NCBI RefSeq assembly: GCF_025526975.1
Contig: NW_026515703.1
Span: 248,001 to 310,279, forward strand
Direction of reading: 5' to 3'
Source of the DNA: Fimicolochytrium jonesii
Taxonomy: Eukaryota
Length of the DNA: 62,279 nt
The stretch's first letter is position 1. Every line of letters begins with the position of its first letter. Below the pieces are notes generated by a model. That model saw nothing but the letters and a program-made list of their open reading frames with translations. It ran no database searches and was not told the DNA's origin. A program made the position numbers and the translations under genes. Shown here in pieces: positions 49,797 to 60,675 of this stretch.

Positions 49797-51970
49797 CAGG
49801 ACTGTTCCGGGTTATGGGTTATTTTTGGTGGTCCGGAAAGTGTCAAAAATAGGTGCTAGCAATGTTCAGGGGCGTCTTACTGTACTGTACATAAAATTTT
49901 GGGGCATGTTTTCCACTCAATGCTCCCGGAAAATCCGTTTTTCAGATTTTTTACTATGAAAATGTGACCAAAACGCATTTTCTGAAACTCTGAGTGGATG
50001 GAATTTGCTTAAAGTGGAATATGTCTCAGAAAACATCCCCAAAAACATCTAGGAACCTTCATCTACTCTAGTATTCATCAACTCCTGGCACTTTTTGTTT
50101 CCAGGCAATATGGGGGTGTTCTCCAGTTGGCGGCGAATGACTCATTTTGGTTTGCTCTCAATTTGCTACATGTTCAAATCCTTTTGAGGCCCAAATACTT
50201 TCTTTTCTTCCACTGCTCCTCCTGATGGTGGAGGATGGCAAATGCCTTTTTGCATTGCAATACATGGATATGACAGGGTGTTTGTCAACCAGCAAATCAT
50301 GCAAAAAGCATGCAGTGCATGTCCGTTTGCATGCACTATGTCATCCGCACCACCTTGGACACCTGAGGAAAGTTGTGCGGATTTGAAAGATAATATAGTT
50401 ACGGAAGTGGAACCAGGGAGATTCAATGACTATTGAAGGAGCTATGGCACACGTAAGTCCCCAGGGGTGGGACTTAGAGAATTTTCAAAGATTTTGGTGA
50501 CTCATGGCGCAGGTTTGATTCTCAGAGGGGGCCAGGCCTTCTTTTCTTTTTTTCCTCCTTCAAAATGTCTTCAAATACGTCTAGCATTGCTTGACAGTGT
50601 CAGGAAACAATCAAAAAGCTGAGAAGTGCAGGTAAAAAGTGTTTTTGGCCGATCTACAAGCAAAACATGCGAAAAACCGGCGGTGCGTGTCCATTCGCAT
50701 GCACTACATCATCCGTTCCACCTTGGCCATCCAAGGCAATGGTGCGGATTCAAAAGATAGTATAGGTACGGAAGGGCAACCAGGGAGTTTCAATCACTAT
50801 TGACAGAGCTATGGCACCCGCAAGCTCCAATGGGTGGGACTTAGAGAATTTTCGAAAATTTTGCATTTTGCGCCGTCTGGTTGACCTGACCAAACACAGG
50901 TAACATTCTACCGACAGACATTGGCATAGTGGCAAGTGCTAATGTTATCTGAACTAGTGCCCCAAGTTCCAACCCCGGTTTTGCTGGGGATACTTTTTTT
51001 TTTCTTTTTCCCGCGCCACCCGAAACACGATGTGGGCGTAACGAAAGTTGTAGCCAGATATATGTTCTCATAGTTAAAGTCATCTCAGATGTGCAATTAA
51101 GCTGTAAACGGCTGCAGAAAATGCAAAAAACAAAATAGGATTGACGCTTTTCTCAAAATCCAACACCACCTGGAATGCATTAAAGCCAGTCCATACACAT
51201 GTCCTTTACCTAGGAACCCCCTACAGATGAATTCCCATAGTCCCCGGACACCCATAGCGCACTCTATACAACTCTACTATGCACGCATACTGGTTAGGGT
51301 TAGCCTGCGCCCTATCTGGCGAATACGTTTTCAATGCATTTCATCGATGGCAAATAGCGCAGTTGCATAAGATACTCAATTCACAACCGAGGGTGCATGG
51401 TTCAAACCTTGCGTTCGACACAACAACAGAGGGATTTTTCCGGGGGCAAAATAAATATCACCATGCACCCATATCAATACGATGTGGACTGGATGGCGGT
51501 TACGATCAGTTTAACTGATCTTAACCAGCTGTTCGATAGGTCCACCATTGTCCAAATGGCGGGCGCTCGTCCGCCGTTCAAGGATGACCCATTCTATAAG
51601 GAATGGATTACGGTTGTGAGCCAACCGTTCATACTGAGCATCCCGCCGAGTCGGGGTGTTAGAGAGGGGATCATTGAGGGATTATATAGGGACCATGGAA
51701 TAATTGTGCGGGGGAGTGACAGCCCTAATAGCACGATTCAGGGCAGACAGCATGTGGCGTTGGATACCCTGATTGGGACCTTGTCGGAATGCGTTGAAGG
51801 GGGAATGGTTAGGATAGTGCAGTACGGGATGAAGGCTTACTGGGAGACCATGGCAGCGAAGGATGCGGTCTACGAGAGTTCAGGGGGCCGGTCGAATACC
51901 TTCGACATAGGATTGATGATCAGGAGCATGGATATCCCGGTGCTGAGGGGACGAGATGAGGCAGGGGATG
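49797..51970. mobile_element. Telomere-interspersed element A, copy 1 (~2.17 kb)
   Basis: Near-identical to 52020-54190, 55394-57568 and 58425-60591; bounded on both sides by TTAGGG tracts. Confidence 0.85.
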
Positions 51971-51978
51971 AGGGTTAG
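51397..51978 (+). CDS. Hypothetical ORF of element A (also 53619-54167, 56880-57576 split, 60020-60598); stop codon supplied by the telomere repeat
   Basis: 193-codon ORF (alternative ATG 51463, MHPYQYDVDWMAV...) ending GAG GGT TAG in tract T2; no family recognised. Confidence 0.45.
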   Translation: MVQTLRSTQQQRDFSGGKINITMHPYQYDVDWMAVTISLTDLNQLFDRSTIVQMAGARPPFKDDPFYKEWITVVSQPFILSIPPSRGVREGIIEGLYRDHGIIVRGSDSPNSTIQGRQHVALDTLIGTLSECVEGGMVRIVQYGMKAYWETMAAKDAVYESSGGRSNTFDIGLMIRSMDIPVLRGRDEAGDEG

Positions 51979-52019
51979 GGTTAGGGTTAGGGTTAGGGTT
52001 AGGGTTAGGGTTAGGGTTA
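51971..52019 (+). repeat. Telomere tract T2 (49 nt)
   Basis: TTAGGG repeats between A1 and A2. Confidence 0.99.
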
Positions 52020-54190
52020 CAGGACTGTTCCGGGTTATGGGTTATTTTTGGTGGTCCGGAAAGTGTCAAAAATAGGTGCTAGCAATGTTCAGGGGCGTCT
52101 TACTGTACTGTACATAAAATTGTGGGGCATGTTTTCCACTCAATGCTCCCGGAAAATCCGTTTTTCAGATTTTTTACTATGAAAATGTGACCAAAACGCA
52201 TTTTCTGAAGCTCTGAGTGGATGGAATTTGCTTGAAGTGGAATATGTCTCAGAAAACATCCCCAAAAACATCTAGGAACCTTCATCTACTCTAGTATTCA
52301 TCAACTCCTGGCACTTTTTGTTTCCAGGCAATATGGGGGTGTTCTCCAGTTGGTGGCGAATGGCTCATTTTGGTTTGCTCTCAATTTGCTACATGTTCAA
52401 ATCCTTTTGAGGCCCAAATACTTTCTTTTCTTCCACTGCTCCTCCTGATGGTGGAGGATGGCAAATGCCTTTTTGCATTGCAATACATGGATATGACAGG
52501 GTGTTTGTCAACCAGCAAATCATGCAAAAAGCATGCAGTGCATGTCCGTTTGCATGCACTATGTCATCCGCACCACCTTGGACACCTGAGGAAAGTTGTG
52601 CGGATTTGAAAGATAATATAGTTACGGAAGTGGAACCAGGGAGATTCAATGACTATTGAAGGAGCTATGGCACACGTAAGTCCCCAGGGGTGGGACTTAG
52701 AGAATTTTCAAAGATTTTGGTGACTCATGGCGCAGGTTTGATTCTCAGAGGGGGCCAGGCCTTCTTTTCTTTTTTTCCTCCTTCAAAATGTCTTTAAATA
52801 CGTCTAGCATTGCTTGACAGTGTCAGGAAACAATCAAAAAGCTGAGAAGTGCAGGTAAAAAGTGTTTTTGGCCGATCTACAAGCAAAACATGCGAAAAAA
52901 CCGGCGGTGCGTGTCCATTCGCATGCACTACATCATCCGTTCCACCTTGGCCATCCAAGGCAATGGTGCGGATTCAAAAGATAGTATAGGTACGGAAGGG
53001 AAACCAGGGAGATTCAATCACTATTGACAGAGCTATGGCACCCGCAAGCTCCAATGGGTGGGACTTAGAGAATTTTCGAAAATTTTGCATTTTGCGCCGT
53101 CTGGTTGACCTGACCAAACACAGGTAACATTCTACCGACAGACATTGGCATAGTGGCAAGTGCTAATGTTATCTGAACTAGTGCCCCAAGTTCCAACCCC
53201 GGTTTTGCTGGGGATACTTTTTTTTTTTTTTTCCCGCGCCACCCGAAACACGATGTGGGCGTAACGAAAGTTGTAGCCAGATATATGTTCTCATAGTTAA
53301 AGTCATCTCAGATGTGCAATTAAGCTGTAAACGGCTGCAGAAAATGCAAAAAACAAAATAGGATTGACGCTTTTCTCAAAATCCAACACCACCTGGAATG
53401 CATTAAAGCCAGTCCATACACATGTCCTTTACCTAGGAACCCCCTACAGATGAATTCCCATAGTCCCCGGACACCCATAGCGCACTCTATACAACTCTAC
53501 TATGCACGCATACTGGTTAGGGTTAGCCTGCGCCCTATCTGGCGAATACGTTTTCAATGCATTTCACGATGGCAAATAGCGCAGTTGCATAAGATACTCA
53601 ATTCACAACCGAGGGTGCATGGTTCAAACCTTGCGTTCGACACAACAACAGAGGGATTTTTCCGGGGGCAAAATAAATATCACCATGCACCCATATCAAT
53701 ACGATGTGGACTGGATGGCGGTTACGATCAGTTTAACTGATCTTAACCAGCTGTTCGATAGGTCCACCATTGTCCAAATGGCGGGCGCTCGTCCGCCGTT
53801 CAAGGATGACCCATTCTATAAGGAATGGATTACGGTTGTGAGCCAACCGTTCATACTGAGCATCCCGCCGAGTCGGGGTGTTAGAGAGGGGATCATTGAG
53901 GGATTATATAGGGACCATGGAATAATTGTGCGGGGGAGTGACAGCCCTAATAGCACGATTCAGGGCAGACAGCATGTGGCGTTGGATACCCTGATTGGGA
54001 CCTTGTCGGAATGCGTTGAAGGGGGAATGGTTAGGATAGTGCAGTACGGGATGAAGGCTTACTGGGAGACCATGGCAGCGAAGGATGCGGTCTACGAGAG
54101 TTCAGGGGGCCGGTCGAATACCTTCGACATAGGATTGATGATCAGAGCATGGATATCCCGGTGCTGAGGGGACGAGATGAGGCAGGGATG
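52020..54190. mobile_element. Element A, copy 2
   Basis: Starts CAGGACTGTTCCGGG, ends GAGGCAGGGATG. Confidence 0.85.
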
Positions 54191-54393
54191 AGGGTTAGGG
54201 TTAGGGTTAGGGTTAGGGTTAGGGTTAGGGTTAGGGTTAGGGTTAGGGTTAGGGTTAGGGTTAGGGAGGGTTAGGTTAGGGTTAGGGTTAGGGTTAGGGT
54301 TGGGTTAGGGTTAGGGTTAGGGTTAGGGTTAGGGTTAGGGTTAGGGTTAGGGTTAGGGTAGTTAGGGTTAGGGTTAGGGTTAGGGTTAGGTTA
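54191..54393 (+). repeat. Telomere tract T3 (~200 nt)
   Basis: TTAGGG repeats with a few variants. Confidence 0.99.
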
Positions 54394-54840
54394 CAGGACT
54401 GTTCCCGGTTATGGGTTATTTTTGGCCATCCAAAAAGTGTCATATAAAGTTGCTAGCAATGTTCAGGGCATCTTACTGTAATGTGCTTCAAGTTTTGGGG
54501 CATGTTTTCCACTCAATGCCCCGGGAAAATCTGTTTTTCCGATTTTTGACTATGAAAATATTGCCAAAATGCATTTTCTGAAACTCTGAGTGGATGGATT
54601 TCGCTTAAAGTGGAATATGTCTCAGAAAACATCCCCAAAAACATCTAGGAACCTTCATCTACTCTAGTATTCATCAACTCCTGGCACTTTTTGTTTCCAG
54701 GCAATATGGGGGTGTTCTCCAGTTGGTGGCGAATGACTCATTTTGGTTTGCTCTCAATTGCTACATGTTCAAATCCTTTTGAGGCCCAAATACTTTCTTT
54801 TCTTCCCTGCTCCTCCTGATGGTGGAGGAATGCAAATGCC
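54394..54840. mobile_element. Short element B, copy 1 (~447 bp; diverged relative of the proximal end of A), followed by 52-nt tract 54841-54892
   Basis: Starts CAGGACTGTTCCCGG..GGCCATCCAAAAAG (A has CCGGG..GGTGGTCCGGAAAG); ends GCAAATGCC|TTAGGG. Confidence 0.85.
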
Positions 54841-54892
54841 TTAGGGTTAAGGGTTAGGGTTAGGGTTAGGGTTAGGGTTAGGGTTAGGGTTA

Positions 54893-55342
54893 CAGGACTG
54901 TTCCCGGTTATGGGTTATTTTTGGCCATCCAAAAAGTGTCATATAAAGTTGCTAGCAATGTTCAGGGGCATCTTACTGTAATGTGCTTCAAGTTTTGGGC
55001 ATGTTTTTCCACTCAATGCCCCGGGAAAATCTGTTTTTTCCGATTTTTGACTATGAAAATATTGCCAAAATGCATTTTCTGAAACTCTGAGTGGATGGAT
55101 TTCGCTTAAAGTGGAATATGTCTCAGAAAACATCCCCAAAAACATCTAGGAACCTTCATCTACTCTAGTATTCATCAACTCCTGGCACTTTTTGTTTCCA
55201 GGCATATGGGGGTGTTCTCCAGTTGGTGGCGAATGACTCATTTTGGTTTGCTCTCAATTTGCTACATGTTCAAATCCTTTTGAGGCCCAAATACTTTCTT
55301 TTCTTCCACTGCTCCTCCTGATGGTGGAGGAATGCAAATGCC
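54893..55342. mobile_element. Element B, copy 2, followed by 51-nt tract 55343-55393
   Basis: Same ends and diagnostic substitutions as B1. Confidence 0.85.
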
Positions 55343-55393
55343 TTAGGGTTAGGGTTAGGGTTAGGGTTAGGGTTAGGGTTAGGGTTAGGGTTA

Positions 55394-57568
55394 CAGGACT
55401 GTTCCGGGTTATGGGTTATTTTGGTGGTCCGGAAAGTGTCAAAAATAGGTGCTAGCAATGTTCAGGGGCGTCTTACTGTACTGTACATAAAATTGTGGGG
55501 CATGTTTTCCACTCAATGCTCCCGGAAAATCCGTTTTTCAGATTTTTTACTATGAAAATGTGACCAAAACGCATTTTCTGAAGCTCTGAGTGGATGGAAT
55601 TTGCTTGAAGTGGAATATGTCTCAGAAAACATCCCCAAAAACATCTAGGAACCTTCATCTACTCTAGTATTCATCAACTCCTGGCACTTTTTGTTTCCAG
55701 GCAATATGGGGGTGTTCTCCAGTTGGTGGCGAATGGCTCATTTTGGTTTGCTCTCAATTTGCTACATGTTCAAATCCTTTTGAGGCCCAAATACTTTCTT
55801 TTCTTCCACTGCTCCTCCTGATGGTGGAGGATGGCAAATGCCTTTTTGCATTGCAATACATGGATATGACAGGGTGTTTGTCAACCAGCAAATCATGCAA
55901 AAAGCATGCAGTGCATGTCCGTTTGCATGCACTATGTCATCCGCACCACCTTGGACACCTGAGGAAAGTTGTGCGGATTTGAAAGATAATATAGTTACGG
56001 AAGTGGAACCAGGGAGATTCAATGACTATTGAAGGAGCTATGGCACACGTAAGTCCCCAGGGGTGGGACTTAGAGAATTTTCAAAGATTTTGGTGACTCA
56101 TGGCGCAGGTTTGATTCTCAGAGGGGGCCAGGCCTTCTTTTCTTTTTTTTCCTTCCTCCTTCAAAATGTCTTCAAATACGTCTAGCATTGCTTGACAGTG
56201 TCAGGAAACAATCAAAAAGCTGAGAAGTGCAGGTAAAAAGTGTTTTTGGCCGATCTACAAGCAAAACATGCGAAAAACCGGCGGTGCGTGTCCATTCGCA
56301 TGCACTACATCATCCGTTCCACCTTGGCCATCCAAGGCAATGGTGCGGATTCAAAAGATAGTATAGGTACGGAAGGGAACCAGGGAGATTCAATCACTAT
56401 TGACAGAGCTATGGCACCCGCAAGCTCCAATGGGTGGGACTTAGAGAATTTTCGAAAATTTTGCATTTTGCGCCGTCTGGTTGACCTGACCAAACACAGG
56501 TAACATTCAACTACCGACAGACATTGGCATAGTGGCAAGTGCTAATGTTATCTGAACTAGTGCCCCAAGTTCCAACCCCGGTTTTGCTGGGGATACTTTT
56601 TTTTTTCTTTTCCCCCGCCACCCGAAACACGATGTGGGCGTAACGAAAGTTGTAGCCAGATATATGTTCTCATAGTTAAAGTCATCTCAGATGTGCAATT
56701 AAGCTGTAAACGGCTGCAGAAAATGCAAAAACAAAATAGGATTGACGCTTTTCTCAAAATCCAACACCACCTGGAATGCATTAAAGCCAGTCCATACACA
56801 TGTCCTTTACCTAGGAACCCCCTACAGATGAATTCCCATAGTCCCCGGACACCCATAGCGCACTCTATACAACTCTACTATGCACGCATACTGGTTAGGG
56901 TTAGCCTGCGCCCTATCTGGCGAATACGTTTTCAATGCATTTCATCGATGGCAAATAGCGCAGTTGCATAAGATACTCAATTCACAACCGAGGGTGCATG
57001 GTTCAAACCTTGCGTTCGACACAACAACAGAGGGATTTTTCCGGGGGCAAAATAATATCACCATGCACCCATATCAATACGATGTGGACTGGATGGCGGT
57101 TACGATCAGTTTAACTGATCTTAACCAGCTGTTCGATAGGTCCACCATTGTCCAAATGGCGGGCGCTCGTCCGCCGTTCAAGGATGACCCATTCTATAAG
57201 GAATGGATTACGGTTGTGAGCCAACCGTTCATACTGAGCATCCCGCCGAGTCGGGGTGTTAGAGAGGGGATCATTGAGGGATTATATAGGGACCATGGAA
57301 TAATTGTGCGGGGGTGACAGCCCTAATAGCACGATTCAGGGCAGACAGCATGTGGCGTTGGATACCCTGATTGGGACCTTGTCGGAATGCGTTGAAGGGG
57401 GAATGGTTAGGATAGTGCAGTACGGGATGAAGGCTTACTGGGAGACCATGGCAGCGAAGGATGCGGTCTACGAGAGTTCAGGGGGCCGGTCGAATACCTT
57501 CGACATAGGATTGATGATCAGGAGCATGGATATCCCGGTGCTGAGGGGACGAGATGAGGCAGGGGATG
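55394..57568. mobile_element. Element A, copy 3
   Basis: Same ends as A1 and A2. Confidence 0.85.
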
Positions 57569-57928
57569 AGGGTTAGGGTTAGGGTTAGGGTTAGGGTTAG
57601 GGTTAGGGTTAGGGTTAGGGTTAGGGTTAGGGTTAGGGTTAGGGTTAGGGTAGGTTAGGGTTAGGGTTAGGGTTAGGGTTAGGGTTAGGGTTAGGGTTAG
57701 GGTTAGGGTTAGGGTTAGGGTTAGGGTTAGGGTTAGGGTAGTTAGGGTTAGGGTTAGGTTAGGGTTAGGGTTAGGGTTAGGGTTAGGGTTAGGGTTAGGG
57801 TTAGTTAGGGTTAGGGTTAGGGTTAGGGTTAGGGTTAGGGTTAGGGTTAGGGTTAGGGTTAGGGTTAGGGTTAGGGTTAGGGTTAGGGTTAGGGTTAGGG
57901 TTAGGGTTAGGGTTAGGGTTTAGGGTTA
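57569..57928 (+). repeat. Telomere tract T6 (~360 nt)
   Basis: Longest internal TTAGGG tract. Confidence 0.99.
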
Positions 57929-58373
57929 CAGGACTGTTCCCGGTTATGGGTTATTTTTGGCCATCCAAAAAGTGTCATATAAAGTTGCTAGCAATGTTCA
58001 GGGGCATCTTACTGTAATGTGCTTCAAGTTTTGGGGCATGTTTTCCACTCAATGCCCCGGGAAAATCTGTTTTTCCGATTTTTGACTATGAAAATATTGC
58101 CAAAATGCATTTTCTGAAACTCTGAGTGGATGGATTTCGCTTAAAGTGGAATATGTCTCAGAAAACATCCCCAAAAACATCTAGGAACCTTCATCTACTC
58201 TAGTATTCATCAACTCCTGGCACTTTTTGTTTCCAGGCAATATGGGGGTGTTCTCCAGTTGGTGGCGAATGACTCATTTTGCTCTCAATTTGCTACATGT
58301 TCAAATCCTTTTGAGGCCCAAATACTTTCTTTTCTTCCACTGCTCCTCCTGATGGTGGAGGAATGCAAATGCC
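57929..58373. mobile_element. Element B, copy 3, followed by 51-nt tract 58374-58424
   Basis: Same ends and substitutions as B1 and B2. Confidence 0.85.
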
Positions 58374-58424
58374 TTAGGGTTAGGGTTAGGGTTAGGGTTA
58401 GGGTTAGGGTTAGGGTTAGGGTTA

Positions 58425-60591
58425 CAGGACTGTTCCGGGTTATGGGTTATTTTGGTGGTCCGGAAAGTGTCAAAAATAGGTGCTAGCAATGTTCAGGGGC
58501 GTCTTACTGTACTGTACATAAAATTGTGGGGCATGTTTTCCACTCAATGCTCCCGGAAAATCCGTTTTTCAGATTTTTTACTATGAAAATGTGACCAAAA
58601 CGCATTTTCTGAAGCTCTGAGTGGATGGAATTTGCTTGAAGTGGAATAGTCTCAGAAAACATCCCCAAAAACATCTAGGAACCTTCATCTACTCTAGTAT
58701 TCATCAACTCCTGGCACTTTTGTTTCCAGGCAATATGGGGGTGTTCTCCAGTTGGTGGCGAATGGCTCATTTTGGTTTGCTCTCAATTTGCTACATGTTC
58801 AAATCCTTTTGAGGCCCAAATACTTTCTTTTCTTCCACTGCTCCTCCTGATGGTGGAGGATGGCAAATGCCTTTTTGCATTGCAATACATGGATATGACA
58901 GGGTGTTTGTCAACCAGCAAATCATGCAAAAAGCATGCAGTGCATGTCCGTTTGCATGCACTATGTCATCCGCACCACCTTGGACACCTGAGGAAAGTTG
59001 TGCGGATTTGAAAGATAATATAGTTACGGAAGTGGAACCAGGGAGATTCAATGACTATTGAAGGAGCTATGGCACACGTAAGTCCCCAGGGGTGGGACTT
59101 AGAGAATTTTCAAAGATTTTGGTGACTCATGGCGCAGGTTTGATTCTCAGAGGGGGCCAGGCCTTCTTTTCTTTTTTCCTCCTTCAAAATGTCTTTAAAT
59201 ACGTCTAGCATTGCTTGACAGTGTCAGGAAACAATCAAAAAGCTGAGAAGTGCAGGTAAAAAGTGTTTTTGGCCGATCTACAAGCAAAACATGCGAAAAA
59301 CCGGCGGTGCGTGTCCATTCGCATGCACTACATCATCCGTTCCACCTTGGCCATCCAAGGCAATGGTGCGGATTCAAAAGATAGTATAGGTACGGAAGGG
59401 AAACCAGGGAGATTCAATCACTATTGACAGAGCTATGGCACCCGCAAGCTCCAATGGGTGGGACTTAGAGAATTTTCGAAAATTTTGCATTTTGCGCCGT
59501 CTGGTTGACCTGACCAAACACAGGTAACATTCTACCGACAGACATTGGCATAGTGGCAAGTGCTAATGTTATCTGAACTAGTGCCCCAAGTTCCAACCCC
59601 GGTTTTGCTGGGGATACTTTTTTTTTCTTTTTCCCGCGCCACCCGAAACACGATGTGGGCGTAACGAAAGTTGTAGCCAGATATATGTTCTCATAGTTAA
59701 AGTCATCTCAGATGTGCAATTAAGCTGTAAACGGCTGCAGAAAATGCAAAAAACAAAATAGGATTGACGCTTTTCTCAAAATCCAACACCACCTGGAATG
59801 CATTAAAGCCAGTCCATACACATGTCCTTTACCTAGGAACCCCCTACAGATGAATTCCCATAGTCCCCGGACACCCATAGCGCACTCTATACAACTCTAC
59901 TATGCACGCATACTGGTTAGGGTTAGCCTGCGCCCTATCTGGCGAATACGTTTTCAATGCATTTCATCGATGGCAAATAGCGCAGTTGCATAAGATACTC
60001 AATTCACAACCGAGGGTGCATGGTTCAAACCTTGCGTTCGACACAACAACAGAGGGATTTTTCCGGGGGCAAAATAAATATCACCATGCACCCATATCAA
60101 TACGATGTGGACTGGATGGCGGTTACGATCAGTTTAACTGATCTTAACCAGCTGTTCGATAGGTCCACCATTGTCCAAATGGCGGGCGCTCGTCCGCCGT
60201 TCAAGGATGACCCATTCTATAAGGAATGGATTACGGTTGTGAGCCAACCGTTCATACTGAGCATCCCGCCGAGTCGGGGTGTTAGAGAGGGGATCATTGA
60301 GGGATTATATAGGGACCATGGAATAATTGTGCGGGGGAGTGACAGCCCTAATAGCACGATTCAGGGCAGACAGCATGTGGCGTTGGATACCCTGATTGGG
60401 ACCTTGTCGGAATGCGTTGAAGGGGGAATGGTTAGGATAGTGCAGTACGGGATGAAGGCTTACTGGGAGACCATGGCAGCGAAGGATGCGGTCTACGAGA
60501 GTTCAGGGGGCCGGTCGAATACCTTCGACATAGGATTGATGATCAGGAGCATGGATATCCCGGTGCTGAGGGGACGAGATGAGGCAGGGAT
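58425..60591. mobile_element. Element A, copy 4, followed by tract 60592-60675
   Basis: Same ends as the other A copies. Confidence 0.85.
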
Positions 60592-60675
60592 GGGTTAGGG
60601 TTAGGGTTAGGGTTAGGGTTAGGGTTAGGGTTAGGGTTAGGGTTAGGGTTAGGGTTAGGGTTAGGGTTAGGGTTA

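Noticed and set aside
49797..49845. Element end as a telomerase RNA template (TAACCCATAACCC on the minus strand)
   Set aside because: It is not an exact complement of TTAGGG repeats, it is multicopy and it differs in B; it is better read as a degenerate terminal motif.
50355..50400. Possible hammerhead ribozyme core in element A (CTGAGGA-AAGTT.GTGCG.GATTT-GAAA)
   Set aside because: Stem II can form, but I could not close stems I and III around a valid NUH site. The motif is lost in the second internal repeat and lies on the strand opposite the inferred RNA. A minus-strand TTGATGA...GAAG near 50060-50085 is also non-canonical. An Infernal search would settle it.
55243..55458. ORFs with RVRVRV / NPNPNP repeats (also 58259-58489)
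   Set aside because: These are translations of telomere repeats.
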